Shown: in pieces, positions 49,649 to 60,072 of the stretch | How positions within the stretch are numbered: the first letter of the stretch is position 1 | Layout of the letters: the number at the start of each line of letters is the position of its first letter | Assembly (NCBI GenBank): GCA_016186825.1 | Contig: JACPKW010000005.1 | Coordinates: forward strand, 66,025-130,024 | Source of the DNA: Candidatus Giovannonibacteria bacterium | GTDB taxonomy: Bacteria > Patescibacteriota > Minisyncoccia > JACPKW01 > UBA11713 | Length of the DNA stretch: 64,000 nt | Direction: 5' to 3' | Made by a program: the position numbers and the translations under genes | The notes under the pieces: generated by a model | What the model was told of the DNA's origin: nothing | Seen by the model: the letters and a program-made list of their open reading frames with translations, nothing else | The model's database searches: none

Positions 49649-49675
49649 TTAGCACTTAACAACCGAGAGTGCTAA
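49649..49675. promoter_or_regulatory. CIRCE element (HrcA operator) upstream of groES-groEL
   Basis: TTAGCACTT-N9-GAGTGCTAA matches the CIRCE consensus TTAGCACTC-N9-GAGTGCTAA with one mismatch. Confidence 0.8.
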
Positions 49676-49733
49676 TACCATTTTAGGAATGTTTTTACGG
49701 ATGTCAACCCTGAAGATCACTGCTTCGGCGCGA

Positions 49734-52562
49734 TTACGTTCTTTTGAGCCAAGCGCCCGTAATACTCTTCGAATTTTTTTTGATATCTTCCGGTGTGCCC
49801 ACAGCAACAATTTGGCCCCCCCTATTCCCGCCTTCGGGGCCGAGATCAATGATCCAGTCAGCATTTTTTAAGACATCTAAATTATGTTCAATTACCAAAA
49901 CCGAATTTCCTTTTTCGACAAGCGCCCTCAAGACTAAAATAAGTTTTCGGATATCTTCAAAGTGAAGTCCCGTTGTAGGCTCGTCCAAAATGTAAAGCGT
50001 TCTCCCCGTCGCTTTCTTGGCAAGTTCCGTCGCAAGCTTTACGCGCTGGGCTTCCCCGCCGGAAAGCGTCGTCGCAGACTGTCCCAATTTCATATACCCG
50101 AGCCCGACTTCGTTCAAAGTTCTTAAGCGCTCGCTTATCTGCGGAATATTTTTGAAAAAATTTAGAGCTTCTTCAATAGAGAGATTTAATACTTCTGCTA
50201 TGTTCAAGCCATTGTATTGAATCGCGAGCGCTTCCTTGTTATAGCGCGTCCCTTTGCACTCCTCGCAATCCACATAAATATCCGGCAAGAAATACATTTC
50301 AATTTTTTTCACACCCTGCCCTTCGCAAGCTTCGCACCGGCCCCCCTTCACGTTGAATGAAAAACGCCCCGCTTTATAACCGCGCGCACGAGCCTCGCGC
50401 GTCCGCGAAAATATCTCGCGGACGAATGAAAAAGTTCCCGTGTAAGTCGCCGGATTTGAACGGGGCGTCCTTCCGATCGGAGATTGATCGACAACAACTA
50501 CTTTATCCAAATGTTCAAGGCCATCGATCCGATCATGTGCGCCGGGATTTTCGCGCGAATTATAAAAATATTTTTGAAGGGCGCGCGCGAGAATATCGCC
50601 AATCAAACTCGATTTGCCTGACCCGGATACGCCGGAGATGCAAACCAAATTTTCCAGCGGAATTTTTACATCAATGTTTTTCAAATTGTTCTCGCGAGCG
50701 CCTTTTATTTCGAGCATGGCTTCTTTTTTCATTACTGCGTGCTTTGGTTTCAGCTGCAAGGATTTTTTTCCTGAAAGATATTCGCCGGTCAGTGTTTTCG
50801 CTTTTTTTAATTCGGGAAATTTTCCTTCAAAGATTATTTTTCCGCCATGCCGCCCCGCGCCCGGCCCCAAATCCACAATCCAGTCCGATTCCTGCATCGT
50901 TTCCTTATCGTGCTCCACAACTAAAACTGTATTTCCGTAGTCACGGAGTTTTTTTAACGTTTTTATCAAACGCGAATGATCCCGCGCATGGAGTCCGATC
51001 GAGGGCTCATCTAAAACATAAATCACTCCGGAAAGACCGGAACCGATTTGCGTGGCAAGCCTGACCCGCTGAGCTTCACCGCCGGCCAACGTAGTCGAAG
51101 CGCGGTTTAAAGTAAGATATTCAAGCCCTACGTCCATCAAAAATTGCAGGCGGAGCGCGATCTCTTTTAAAAGCGGGCAGGCAATTTTATTCGCCTCTGT
51201 CAGCTTTGAAAAAATTGCCTGAATTTTTTTTACAAATTCAAGCAAGGCCTCAGAGGTCATAGCGCTCATTTCAGCAATATTTTTTTCTTCAATCAAAACC
51301 GCAAGCGCCTCCGGCTTCAATCTTTTGGCGTGGCATTCTGGGCAAGGCTCGAATGACATGTAGCGTTCGATTTCAGATCGCGTCCAATCGGAATCGGTTT
51401 CCTTCCAGCGGCGCTCAAGATTCGGAATAACGCCTTCATAATTCCCATCTAGATCGCCGTAAAGAATGATATCCGTAATTTTCTTTGGAAGAGCTCTCAC
51501 AGGCTCTGCAAGAGAAAAATTATATTTGTCCGCGAGATCAGAAATCATATACCAGTACCACGATTGCCGCCCGACACGATGTGAAGCGCGAGCCCAAGGC
51601 TGAATTGCGCCTTCTTCGATCGTTAAATTTCTATTTGGAAAAACAAGATTCGGATCTACTTCCAACGTATGCCCAAGCCCGGTACAGCGCGGGCAAGCGC
51701 CATATGGAGAGTTGAATGAAAACAGACGCGGCTCGATCGGGGGAAGCGAACGGAAGCAGTGTGGACATGAGAAATTTTCAGAAAAAAGATGATCATCTGC
51801 TTTTGAATCTTTGCCATTTCCCAAAACCGCAATCATAATCCCGCCTCCCTTTCTAAGCGCGGCCTCAATGGAATCAGCAAGGCGCGCGCGCTCTGTTTCC
51901 TTGTCCAAAATCAACCTGTCCACGATAACGTCAATCGAATGCTTTTTTTTCGGATCTAGACGGAGTTCTAATGCTTCGTCCAAACGCATGGAAGCGCCGT
52001 CAACTCGAACGCGTAAAAATCCTTCTTTCGCCAGATTCTCGAGTTCTCTTTTGTGTTCGCCTTTGCGGTCTCGGACAATCGGTCCCAAGATCAGAACCGA
52101 ACTTCCTTCTCCGAATTTCAAAATTCTCTTGGTGATTTTGTCCACGGATTGCCTCTCAACTTTTCTACCGCACTCTGGGCAATGCGGCTCCCCAACGCGC
52201 GCATAGAGAATTCGGAGATAGTCATAAACTTCCGTTATCGTTCCAACCGTCGAGCGCGGATTTTTCGAAGCGGACTTTTGATCAATCGCGATTGCGGGCG
52301 AAAGTCCGGAAATTTCATCCACATCCGGTTTCTCCGCAACTCCTAAAAACTGGCGCGCATAACTCGAAAGCGATTCCACAAAGCGTCTTTCCGCCTCCGC
52401 ATAAATAGTGTCAAAGGCAAGCGATGATTTCCCTGATCCGGAAAGACCGGTCAAAACAACAAGCTTGTTTTTCGGGATATCTAAATTGATGCTTTTAAGA
52501 TTATGCACCCGAGCGCCGCGGATTTTTATCAGGTCACGAGAATTGGAAATCTTTTTTGCCAT
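49734..52562 (-). CDS. uvrA: Excinuclease ABC subunit A
   Basis: Two ABC ATPase modules ([14 protein letters not shown] and [14 protein letters not shown]), zinc-finger Cys pairs, 942 aa. Confidence 0.95.
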   Translation of the reverse strand: MAKKISNSRDLIKIRGARVHNLKSINLDIPKNKLVVLTGLSGSGKSSLAFDTIYAEAERRFVESLSSYARQFLGVAEKPDVDEISGLSPAIAIDQKSASKNPRSTVGTITEVYDYLRILYARVGEPHCPECGRKVERQSVDKITKRILKFGEGSSVLILGPIVRDRKGEHKRELENLAKEGFLRVRVDGASMRLDEALELRLDPKKKHSIDVIVDRLILDKETERARLADSIEAALRKGGGIMIAVLGNGKDSKADDHLFSENFSCPHCFRSLPPIEPRLFSFNSPYGACPRCTGLGHTLEVDPNLVFPNRNLTIEEGAIQPWARASHRVGRQSWYWYMISDLADKYNFSLAEPVRALPKKITDIILYGDLDGNYEGVIPNLERRWKETDSDWTRSEIERYMSFEPCPECHAKRLKPEALAVLIEEKNIAEMSAMTSEALLEFVKKIQAIFSKLTEANKIACPLLKEIALRLQFLMDVGLEYLTLNRASTTLAGGEAQRVRLATQIGSGLSGVIYVLDEPSIGLHARDHSRLIKTLKKLRDYGNTVLVVEHDKETMQESDWIVDLGPGAGRHGGKIIFEGKFPELKKAKTLTGEYLSGKKSLQLKPKHAVMKKEAMLEIKGARENNLKNIDVKIPLENLVCISGVSGSGKSSLIGDILARALQKYFYNSRENPGAHDRIDGLEHLDKVVVVDQSPIGRTPRSNPATYTGTFSFVREIFSRTREARARGYKAGRFSFNVKGGRCEACEGQGVKKIEMYFLPDIYVDCEECKGTRYNKEALAIQYNGLNIAEVLNLSIEEALNFFKNIPQISERLRTLNEVGLGYMKLGQSATTLSGGEAQRVKLATELAKKATGRTLYILDEPTTGLHFEDIRKLILVLRALVEKGNSVLVIEHNLDVLKNADWIIDLGPEGGNRGGQIVAVGTPEDIKKNSKSITGAWLKRT

Positions 52563-52708
52563 AAAGTTCTTAATTATATCTCAAATGTCAAGACTTAATC
52601 AAGGGGCGGCTTGGCTCTGTTTAAGTTAAGATCGAGGTGAAAAGCATCTTACGAGGCGGTCTCCTTTATGAATTTTTTATTTTTTTGCGGTAAGTTGCAA
52701 AAACTTGA

Positions 52709-54049
52709 TTGCGAGCGCATTATGTCGGCATGCTTACCCGAGAAGATTTCAAGAAAGCGCCGTCGAGCCCGGGAATTTACTTTTTTAAAGATGGCGCCGG
52801 AAAAATAATTTATATCGGCAAAGCGCAAAATCTAAAATTGCGCCTTTTGAGCTATGCGAACGGAAATCTGGTCGAAGCCCGCAAAAAAACCATGCTCGAA
52901 GAAGCCGCCACAATAGAGTGGCGCGAACTTTCTTCAGACATTGAAGCCCTGATCGAGGAAGCGATCGCAATAAAAAGATACAAAACAAAATATAATATCG
53001 AGTTCCGTGATGACAAGCAATATTTTTTTGTAGTTTTTTTAAAACCTATGAAAATCTCAAAACAAAAATTTCCACGAGTTGTTATTACTCACCAACCACA
53101 AACTATAAATCATAAACTAAAAACTGTTTTCATAGGGCCATTCACGGACGGCGCGGCGTTAAAATCCGTATTGCGGATGCTGGAAAGAGCATTCCCCTAC
53201 TGCACCTGCAAAGTAATTCATATGCGGCCGTGCGTAAGATCGGAAATCGGCCGATGCCTCGGAATCTGCTGCGTTGAGGAAAAAGAAATGAAAAAATATT
53301 TTCCGGACTGGAAAAAACGTGAAAGAATTTATTTTAAAAATATCCGCAGAGTCAGAAGCATTTTGACGGGCCGGAAAAAAGATGTAATCACAGCACTCAC
53401 GCGGGAGATGAAGCAAGCAGCGAAAAACCAGAATTTTGAGAATGCAAAAATTTCTCGGGATCAGATAAGAGCTGTAGAAAATGTTTTTCGCCACCGACCA
53501 TTTATCAAGCGGGAAATAAATCCGGAGCGCCTGCATGCATTAGCCCTCGCAGAAGCGTTACTGAAACTTCCCGATATCCCGATCAGAATCGAGGGCTACG
53601 ACATGTCGAATCTCAAAGGAAAAGACGCGGTCGGATCCATGGTTGTTTTTGAGAATGGCGAACCCGCGAAATCCGAATACCGCCTTTTTAAAATCCGCAT
53701 GAAAAATCCCGAAACGGGCGGAGATGATACGGCGATGATCCAAGAAGTCCTTTCGCGCAGGCTTCGGCATGACGAGTGGCCTTTACCTGATATGATTATG
53801 ATTGACGGAGGGCTCGGCCAATGGAGCGCCGCAAAGAAAGTGCTCGATTTATATCAAATCCCGATTCCCCTAACCTCGCTCGCCAAAAGAGAAGAAGAGC
53901 TCTGGATCGGCCCGAGCGAAAAATATGCCCTGAAAAACTTGTCGCCCAAGCTTCTCCATCTTTTCGGGCATATTAGAAACGAAGCGCACCGATTTGCGAT
54001 TACTTTTCATAGAAATAGGCGCGCCAAATCTCTCTTTTTGCAAAATTGA
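52709..54049 (+). CDS. uvrC: Excinuclease ABC subunit C. Short form with GIY-YIG, UvrBC-interaction and RNase H-like endonuclease domains; the C-terminal HhH is apparently absent.
   Basis: GIYFFKDGAGKIIYIGKAQNLKLRLLSY GIY-YIG motif. C-terminal EGYDMSNLKGKDAVGSMVVF. 446 aa at most; the true start may be the Met at 52730. Confidence 0.75.
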   Translation: MRAHYVGMLTREDFKKAPSSPGIYFFKDGAGKIIYIGKAQNLKLRLLSYANGNLVEARKKTMLEEAATIEWRELSSDIEALIEEAIAIKRYKTKYNIEFRDDKQYFFVVFLKPMKISKQKFPRVVITHQPQTINHKLKTVFIGPFTDGAALKSVLRMLERAFPYCTCKVIHMRPCVRSEIGRCLGICCVEEKEMKKYFPDWKKRERIYFKNIRRVRSILTGRKKDVITALTREMKQAAKNQNFENAKISRDQIRAVENVFRHRPFIKREINPERLHALALAEALLKLPDIPIRIEGYDMSNLKGKDAVGSMVVFENGEPAKSEYRLFKIRMKNPETGGDDTAMIQEVLSRRLRHDEWPLPDMIMIDGGLGQWSAAKKVLDLYQIPIPLTSLAKREEELWIGPSEKYALKNLSPKLLHLFGHIRNEAHRFAITFHRNRRAKSLFLQN

Positions 54050-54082
54050 CCAAAAAGAGCTTTTAGGCTATATTCAGGATTA

Positions 54083-54313
54083 ATGTCATCTCTCGTTCTA
54101 GCGCTGCCCTATTTTCAGGTGGTGGTGTCAATCCTTCTTATTGTTGCAGTTTTGCTGCAGCAACGCGGCTCGGGCCTTTCGAGCACTTTCGGAGGCGAAG
54201 GGGGAGGCGCATATCAAACCAAACGCGGACTCGAAAAAATTCTTTTCGTTGCAACCATAGTGCTTGGCGCACTTTTTATTTTGACTGCCCTTCTGAATTT
54301 AATTCTTCAATAG
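54083..54313 (+). CDS. secG: Preprotein translocase subunit SecG
   Basis: Two TM helices flanking LLQQRGSGLSSTFGGEGGGAYQTKRGLE, typical of SecG. Confidence 0.7.
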   Translation: MSSLVLALPYFQVVVSILLIVAVLLQQRGSGLSSTFGGEGGGAYQTKRGLEKILFVATIVLGALFILTALLNLILQ

Positions 54314-54345
54314 TTAATCACTCTAAACAAAGGAACTGAAAAACA

Positions 54346-56067
54346 ATGCTCCCGTCGTGGGACCAAATTCGTTATACCGCCCGCCAAATGTCCAGAGGCG
54401 AAAGAATACTTTCTTTAATTCTGATCGCATCCGCTGTCATCGGTTTTTTAGGCACGGTTAGCATACTTAATGCTCGTTTTTCATTTCTCGCGCCTGCCAA
54501 AGGCGGAACGCTCCATGAGGGAATCATCGGAAACCCGCATTTTGTAAATCCGCTTTTGGCGATTTCAGATACAGATCGCGACTTAGTTTCGTTGGTTTTT
54601 TCAGGACTGATGCGCCCTGACGGCCAAGGGAATCTCATTCCCGACCTTGCCGAACGCTATGAAGTTTCAGAGGACAGACTTTCCTACACATTTTATTTAA
54701 AAAACGACGCTTTTTTTCACGATCAAAAGGAGCTCAAGGCGGATGATATTGTTTTTACGGTCGCGCTCGCAAAAAACCCAAATTTAAAAAGTCCACTAAG
54801 GGCAAGCTGGGAGGGAGTCGAAACAGAAAAGGTAAACGACCGCACAGTGCGTTTTTGGCTCAAGCGCCCCTACGCGCAGTTTCTTGAAAATACAACGCTT
54901 GGAATTTTGCCCGAGCACATCTGGAAAAGCATCGATCCGGAGCAAATTTCGCTCGCAAAGGCGAATCTTAGACCTGTCGGTTCGGGGCCCTATAAAGTTC
55001 AGAATGTCGCAATCAATGCAAACGATGTAATCGAATCTTACACGTTAGAATCTTTTTCAGATTTCATTTCTGGAAAGCCCTTCGTTCAAAAAATTGTAAC
55101 TCATTTCTATCCATCCGAAGATGAACTGCTGAAAGCTCACGACAAAGGCGCAATCGACAGCTTCGGCGCAATTTCTCCAAAGAATGTTTCGAAAATCAAA
55201 AAAAACAATGTGGTTTTAAAAAGCTTGACGCTTCCCAGGATTTTCGCGGTATTTTTTAATCAAAATGAAAAAAAGCTTTTTACCGACAAAGCAGTGAGAG
55301 AAGCGCTTAACCTTGCGGCTGATAAAGATAAAATCGTGAAGGAGGTGCTCGAGGGGCATGGCGTTGCAATTTCATCTCCCCTGCCGCCCGGAACACTTGG
55401 TGCGATTAGCGTGACCAGCACAGAATATAATATTGAAAAAGCCCGAGCGATACTGGAGAAAAACGGATGGATAAAAAATTCTGAAACGGGAATTTATGAA
55501 AAAATTGAAAAGAAAAAAGTAGTGGAAACGCTCTCATTCTCGCTTGCAACTTCGAATTGGCCGGATTTAATTAGAGCGGCCGATATTCTCCGCGCGAGCT
55601 GGGAGGAACTCGGCGCAAAAGTTGAAGTAAAAGTATTTGAAATCGGTGATCTGAATCAAAACGTAATAAGCCCAAGAAAATACGATGCGTTATTATTCGG
55701 CGAAGTAGTTGGACGTGATCCTGATCCTTTCGCTTTCTGGCACTCTTCCCAGAGAAACAACCCGGGTTTAAACATCGCTCTTTACACTTCCGCAAAAGTT
55801 GATAAAATCCTAGAGACGGCGCGCACTCTTTCTTCTGCCGAAGATCGGGAAAAAGAATACGCGGAATTCCAAGAAGAAATTCAGGCAGATCTGCCAGCGA
55901 TTTTCCTATATTCTCCCTATTATTTGTACGTAGTTCCCAACAACTTAAAAGGTTTTTCTACCGAACATATCACCGTTCCTTCGGAAAGATTTTCCGGAGT
56001 AAACAAGTGGCATTTTGACACGATTTATATCTGGAAAATTTTTAAGCGTTTTATTCCGAATTATTAA
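54346..56067 (+). CDS. ABC transporter substrate-binding protein, family 5 (peptide/nickel/oligosaccharide type)
   Basis: N-terminal TM/signal anchor. About 570 aa with SBP_bac_5-like organisation (FVNPLLAISDTDRDLVSLVFSGLMR). Confidence 0.7.
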   Translation: MLPSWDQIRYTARQMSRGERILSLILIASAVIGFLGTVSILNARFSFLAPAKGGTLHEGIIGNPHFVNPLLAISDTDRDLVSLVFSGLMRPDGQGNLIPDLAERYEVSEDRLSYTFYLKNDAFFHDQKELKADDIVFTVALAKNPNLKSPLRASWEGVETEKVNDRTVRFWLKRPYAQFLENTTLGILPEHIWKSIDPEQISLAKANLRPVGSGPYKVQNVAINANDVIESYTLESFSDFISGKPFVQKIVTHFYPSEDELLKAHDKGAIDSFGAISPKNVSKIKKNNVVLKSLTLPRIFAVFFNQNEKKLFTDKAVREALNLAADKDKIVKEVLEGHGVAISSPLPPGTLGAISVTSTEYNIEKARAILEKNGWIKNSETGIYEKIEKKKVVETLSFSLATSNWPDLIRAADILRASWEELGAKVEVKVFEIGDLNQNVISPRKYDALLFGEVVGRDPDPFAFWHSSQRNNPGLNIALYTSAKVDKILETARTLSSAEDREKEYAEFQEEIQADLPAIFLYSPYYLYVVPNNLKGFSTEHITVPSERFSGVNKWHFDTIYIWKIFKRFIPNY

Positions 56068-56083
56068 GATCGAAGAAACCAAA

Positions 56084-56872
56084 ATGAATCTTTTTTTGAA
56101 AACGGGGCTCGAACTCGAATACATAAACGGCGACATTGAGCTACCGGAGGACATATGCGTGCGCGATAAATGGGACCGCACTGTGGAAGCAATGAGCCCG
56201 GTATTATTCCTCTCGAACCCCGGAGACAAGCGCGCAATGTATCGGGTTTGGCGCGGTATCTACAAAAAAGAAGATGCTGAATTTTTTGATAATCTGAAAA
56301 TCAGCTACGACTTTACGGCCGTTTTCCCCGTAAAAATCAATAAAGAAATTGCAAAGACATTCGGGCATTATCATTCGCGCGACATGATGGGCGTTATGTA
56401 TCCTGAAATTCTGGAGGTCATATCCGGAAAAGTTTGGTGGATTTTGCAAAAACCCCGCCTCGATCCGAGCGAACTCGATGAAATCTATTTTGTGCAAATG
56501 GAGGCGGGAGAAAAAGTTATTATACCGGCGGGATACGGACACAATATTTCAAATCCCGCGGGCGAAGACCTAATTCTCGCAAATCTGCTCTGCACCGAGG
56601 ACAAACATGACTACAAAACTTACGAAAGTCTGCGGGGCGCAGGATATTATCTGATTGAAAGCGAAAACCAACAGGTAGAATTTAAAAAAAATACCTCCTA
56701 CAAATTCGTCCCTGAAATTATTAAATTGAAACCGAAAAATCCTCCGGGCCTGGGGCTCGATTTCAAAGAATCGCTTTATCAAATGGCCAAAAATCAAAAC
56801 TTGGAATTTCTTTCCAGGCCGCATAAATACGCCGCGCTTCTGACAATTGAAAATTGTTTTGAAAAAATCTAA
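56084..56872 (+). CDS. Cupin-type glucose-6-phosphate isomerase-like protein (archaeal cPGI-like)
   Basis: KTFGHYHS and IIPAGYGHNISNPAGEDL cupin metal-site motifs. The track ORF starts at 56015, but Met 56084 avoids overlap with the upstream gene. Confidence 0.5.
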   Translation: MNLFLKTGLELEYINGDIELPEDICVRDKWDRTVEAMSPVLFLSNPGDKRAMYRVWRGIYKKEDAEFFDNLKISYDFTAVFPVKINKEIAKTFGHYHSRDMMGVMYPEILEVISGKVWWILQKPRLDPSELDEIYFVQMEAGEKVIIPAGYGHNISNPAGEDLILANLLCTEDKHDYKTYESLRGAGYYLIESENQQVEFKKNTSYKFVPEIIKLKPKNPPGLGLDFKESLYQMAKNQNLEFLSRPHKYAALLTIENCFEKI

Positions 56873-56877
56873 GTATT

Positions 56878-57078
56878 GCTGGGCGAGTGGCGGAATCGGC
56901 AGACCTGCCTGCCGGCAGGCAGGCGCGCTGGTCCACCCTGTTAGAAATTTTAATAAATGAAATATTTATTCAGTCTGGTGCTGGGATGGCGGAATCGGCA
57001 GACCTGCCTGCCGGCAGGCAGGCGCGCTGGTCCACCCTGTTAGAAATTTTAATAAATGAAATATTTATTCAATCTGGT
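56878..57078. repeat. Two tandem ~100-nt direct repeats, each beginning with the first ~24 nt of tRNA-Leu (GCTGGGATGGCGGAATCGGCAGAC) followed by the GC palindrome CCTGCCTGCCGGCAGGCAGG and an AT-rich hairpin
   Basis: Units at 56878-56979 and 56980-57078 differ by a 3-nt indel and one substitution. The third repeat start is the real tRNA at 57079. Confidence 0.85.
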
Positions 57079-57162
57079 GCTGGGATGGCGGAATCGGCAG
57101 ACGCGCACGCTTCAGGAGCGTGTAGGAGAAATCCTGTGGGAGTTCAAATCTCCCTCCCAGCA
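57079..57162 (+). tRNA. tRNA-Leu(CAG), type II; CCA not encoded
   Basis: GCTGGGA-TG-GCG-GAATCGGCAGA-CGC-G-CACGC-TTCAGGA-GCGTG-TAGGAGAAATCCTGT-GGGAG-TTCAAAT-CTCCC-TCCCAGC-A. Discriminator is A73. Confidence 0.85.
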
Positions 57163-57275
57163 CAGGGTTTATCGATTTCTAGCGGGGCAAGGAAGCCAGT
57201 GGGAGCAATCTCGTGGAGGTTCAAATCCTCTCTCGCCCGCCTTTAAAAACTAATTATCAGCATTAATATAATAAA

Positions 57276-59027
57276 ATGACACCACAAAAAGAGCTGGTTC
57301 GACCGGTCGAAATTATCAGGCGCCGGCCGCAATATTTGGCAAAAAAGCCTCCAAAAATTGAGACGGGGGTTTTGAAATTCATCCCGCTCGGCGGCTGCGG
57401 AGAGGTTACCCGCAGCATGTACATCTATGAATATGGAGATGATATCGTAATTATCGACATGGGACTGCAGTTTCCTGAAGAAGACATGCCAGGCATAGAT
57501 TATTTGATCCCGAACATCGAATATCTTATTCCAAAAAAGAAAAATATCCGCGGAATTATTATTACCCATGGCCACTACGATCATATCGGCGCAATCCCCC
57601 ATCTTGTGGAACCGCTCGGCCATCCCCCCGTCTATACCATGCCTTTAACGCGCGGCATGATTTTGAAAAGACAGGAGGATTTCAAACATCTGGGAAAATT
57701 GAGCGTAGAAGTCATCCGGGAAGATTCCAAACTAAAATTCGGCTCCTTTGAAGTCGAATTCTTCCGGGTAAACCACAACATTCCTGATTCGATCGGTGTT
57801 ATCCTAAAAAGTCCTGCAGGGACAATCGTGCATACCGGCGACTGGAAATTCGATCATACTCCTGTGAACGAAAAGCCGATCGACGTGGAAAGATTAAAAG
57901 GAATCGGCGATAAAGGCGTGATGCTTTTAGTCTCCGACTCAACCGGCGCAAAAGACGCGGGACGGACAATTTCGGAATCTGAAATTCAAAAAAATCTTGA
58001 AGAAATATTCAAAAATGCGAAGGGGCGTATAATCTGCGCCACATTTTCTTCGCTTTTAACGCGCATTCAGCAACTGATCTGGCTTTCGGAAAAATACGGC
58101 AGAAAAGTCCTTGTGGAGGGCTATTCCATGAAATCAAATGTGGCAGTATCGCAGGAACTCGGCTATTTGAAAGTTAAGAGAGGAACATTCATTGGCCGCG
58201 AAGAGTTCGAGACCTTGCCGGACGAACAAGTTACCATAATCTGCACGGGCGCGCAGGGCGAAGACCACGCCGTTATGATGCGGATTGCAAACAGCGAACA
58301 TAAGTTTTTGTCGCTTAAGGGAAGCGACTCGGTAGTGTTCTCTTCTTCGGTCGTGCCTGGAAACGAAGCCTCGGTCCAGCGCTTAAAAGATCTTCTTTAC
58401 AAAAAGGCCGGAAAAATTTATCACTCCGAGTCCATGGATATTCATGCTTCTGGGCACGCAAAGAGCGAAGATATAAAAGATATGATCCGGCTGATCCGGC
58501 CGCGTTATTTTATTCCGATGCACGGAAATTATTTCATGCTCCGGATCCACGCGGAGCTCGCGATAGAAGCGGGAGTGAAAGGCGAACATGTTGCGATCGC
58601 GGAAGACGGCGAAATAATTGAGATGAATTCAAATCAATTCAGAAAATCAAAAGAAAAAGCGCCTACAAGTTATGTAATGGTGGACGGCCTTGGTGTAGGC
58701 GATATTAAAGAAGTCGTGCTTCGCGACAGGCAGATGTTATCGGAAGACGGCATCTTTGTGATTATTGCCGTTGTTGACTCGCAAAGCGGGAAAATTAAGG
58801 GCTCGCCCGATATCATCTCGCGCGGCTTTGTTTATCTGAAAGAATCCAGAGAGCTTCTGGCTTCAGCGCGGCATTTGGTCAAAAAAGTTACGGAAGAAAC
58901 CACAAGCCAAATGCACCCGATCAACTGGGCGTTTTTGCGGGACGAAATCAGGGAGGAACTAGGCAAATTCTTGTTCAGAAAGACCAAACGCCGCCCAATG
59001 GTCCTTCCAGTTATAATCGAGATTTAA
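57276..59027 (+). CDS. rnj: Ribonuclease J (metallo-beta-lactamase/beta-CASP)
   Basis: ITHGHYDHIGA motif, beta-CASP region, C-terminal domain. 583 aa. Confidence 0.9.
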   Translation: MTPQKELVRPVEIIRRRPQYLAKKPPKIETGVLKFIPLGGCGEVTRSMYIYEYGDDIVIIDMGLQFPEEDMPGIDYLIPNIEYLIPKKKNIRGIIITHGHYDHIGAIPHLVEPLGHPPVYTMPLTRGMILKRQEDFKHLGKLSVEVIREDSKLKFGSFEVEFFRVNHNIPDSIGVILKSPAGTIVHTGDWKFDHTPVNEKPIDVERLKGIGDKGVMLLVSDSTGAKDAGRTISESEIQKNLEEIFKNAKGRIICATFSSLLTRIQQLIWLSEKYGRKVLVEGYSMKSNVAVSQELGYLKVKRGTFIGREEFETLPDEQVTIICTGAQGEDHAVMMRIANSEHKFLSLKGSDSVVFSSSVVPGNEASVQRLKDLLYKKAGKIYHSESMDIHASGHAKSEDIKDMIRLIRPRYFIPMHGNYFMLRIHAELAIEAGVKGEHVAIAEDGEIIEMNSNQFRKSKEKAPTSYVMVDGLGVGDIKEVVLRDRQMLSEDGIFVIIAVVDSQSGKIKGSPDIISRGFVYLKESRELLASARHLVKKVTEETTSQMHPINWAFLRDEIREELGKFLFRKTKRRPMVLPVIIEI

Positions 59028-59073
59028 TAATCAGAACGCAATACTTCCTAAAACAAAAACGCTTCTGTAGAAT

Positions 59074-60072
59074 ATGAAAATGGCGGTAAATAAAAAAATA
59101 GCCGTAAGCGGAGTTCGCCCTTCAGGCGAGCTTCATCTTGGCAACTATTTGGGGGCAATAAAACAGTTTGTTGAACTGCAAAAAAAATATAAAACCTTCT
59201 TTTTCATCGCTGATCTCCATGCTATTACCGAGCCTCAAGACCCTAAAAATTTAAGCAAGCAGACTTTGGATATTGCCACTCTTTACCTCGCTTGCGGACT
59301 CAAAGCTAAAGAAACTGTTTTATTTGTCCAATCACACGTTCCGGCGCATGTTGAACTAGGCTGGATGCTAAACACAATAACACCGCTGGGAGAGCTCGAA
59401 CGAATGACCCAATTTAAAGAAAAAAGTGAAAGACAAGGACTTTTGGCAGGACTCCTGAATTACCCGGTTCAAATGGCCGCAGATATTTTGCTGTATCAAG
59501 CTGAAATAGTGCCGGTAGGCGAAGACCAGGTTCAGCATTTGGAACTCGCGAGAACACTCGCGAGAAAATTTAATACACGCTTCGGAAATACTTTTAAGGA
59601 GCCCCAGGCGCTTCTTAGAAAAGAGGGTGCAAGAGTAATGGGCCTCGATGATCCCTCAAAAAAAATGTCGAAATCAGCACCGAGCGCGAATAACTATATC
59701 GGCGTGTTTGACGACCCCGAAAACATTCGGCGCAAAATTAAAATAGCGGTGACTGATTCCGGAAAAGAAATTGTTTATGACCCGACCAAAAAGCCGGGGA
59801 TTTCAAATCTGCTCGTAATTATGAGCCAAATCAGCGATACCTCCGTAAAAGAACTCGAGGCAAAATACAAAAATAAAAGCTACGGCGAATTTAAAAACGA
59901 TCTCGCTGAAGCTTTGGTTCAAAAATTGTCGCCGATCCAGAAAAAATATCGGGAACTTTCAAAGAACCCCAAAAAAATTCTAACGATACTGAAAAGGGGG
60001 GCCGAAGACGCAAATAAAATTGCTTCGCAAACGCTTCTTGAAGCAAAAAGGAAAATGGGCTTTTTAATTTAG
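59074..60072 (+). CDS. trpS: Tryptophanyl-tRNA synthetase
   Basis: SGVRPSGELHLGNYLGA (HIGH-class motif) and KMSKS. 332 aa. Confidence 0.9.
   Translation: MKMAVNKKIAVSGVRPSGELHLGNYLGAIKQFVELQKKYKTFFFIADLHAITEPQDPKNLSKQTLDIATLYLACGLKAKETVLFVQSHVPAHVELGWMLNTITPLGELERMTQFKEKSERQGLLAGLLNYPVQMAADILLYQAEIVPVGEDQVQHLELARTLARKFNTRFGNTFKEPQALLRKEGARVMGLDDPSKKMSKSAPSANNYIGVFDDPENIRRKIKIAVTDSGKEIVYDPTKKPGISNLLVIMSQISDTSVKELEAKYKNKSYGEFKNDLAEALVQKLSPIQKKYRELSKNPKKILTILKRGAEDANKIASQTLLEAKRKMGFLI

Noticed and set aside
56887-57253. Track ORFs 56887..57246 and 57056..57253
   Set aside because: They translate across the two tandem repeat units (the protein shows the same 33-aa block twice) and through tRNA-Leu.
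57163-57255. Possible second tRNA after tRNA-Leu
   Set aside because: It has a good T-arm (GGAGG-TTCAAAT-CCTCT) and a GC acceptor-like 3' strand. However, only about 26 nt are available for the D and anticodon arms, and the acceptor halves do not pair. It is a tRNA fragment or relic, not a gene.
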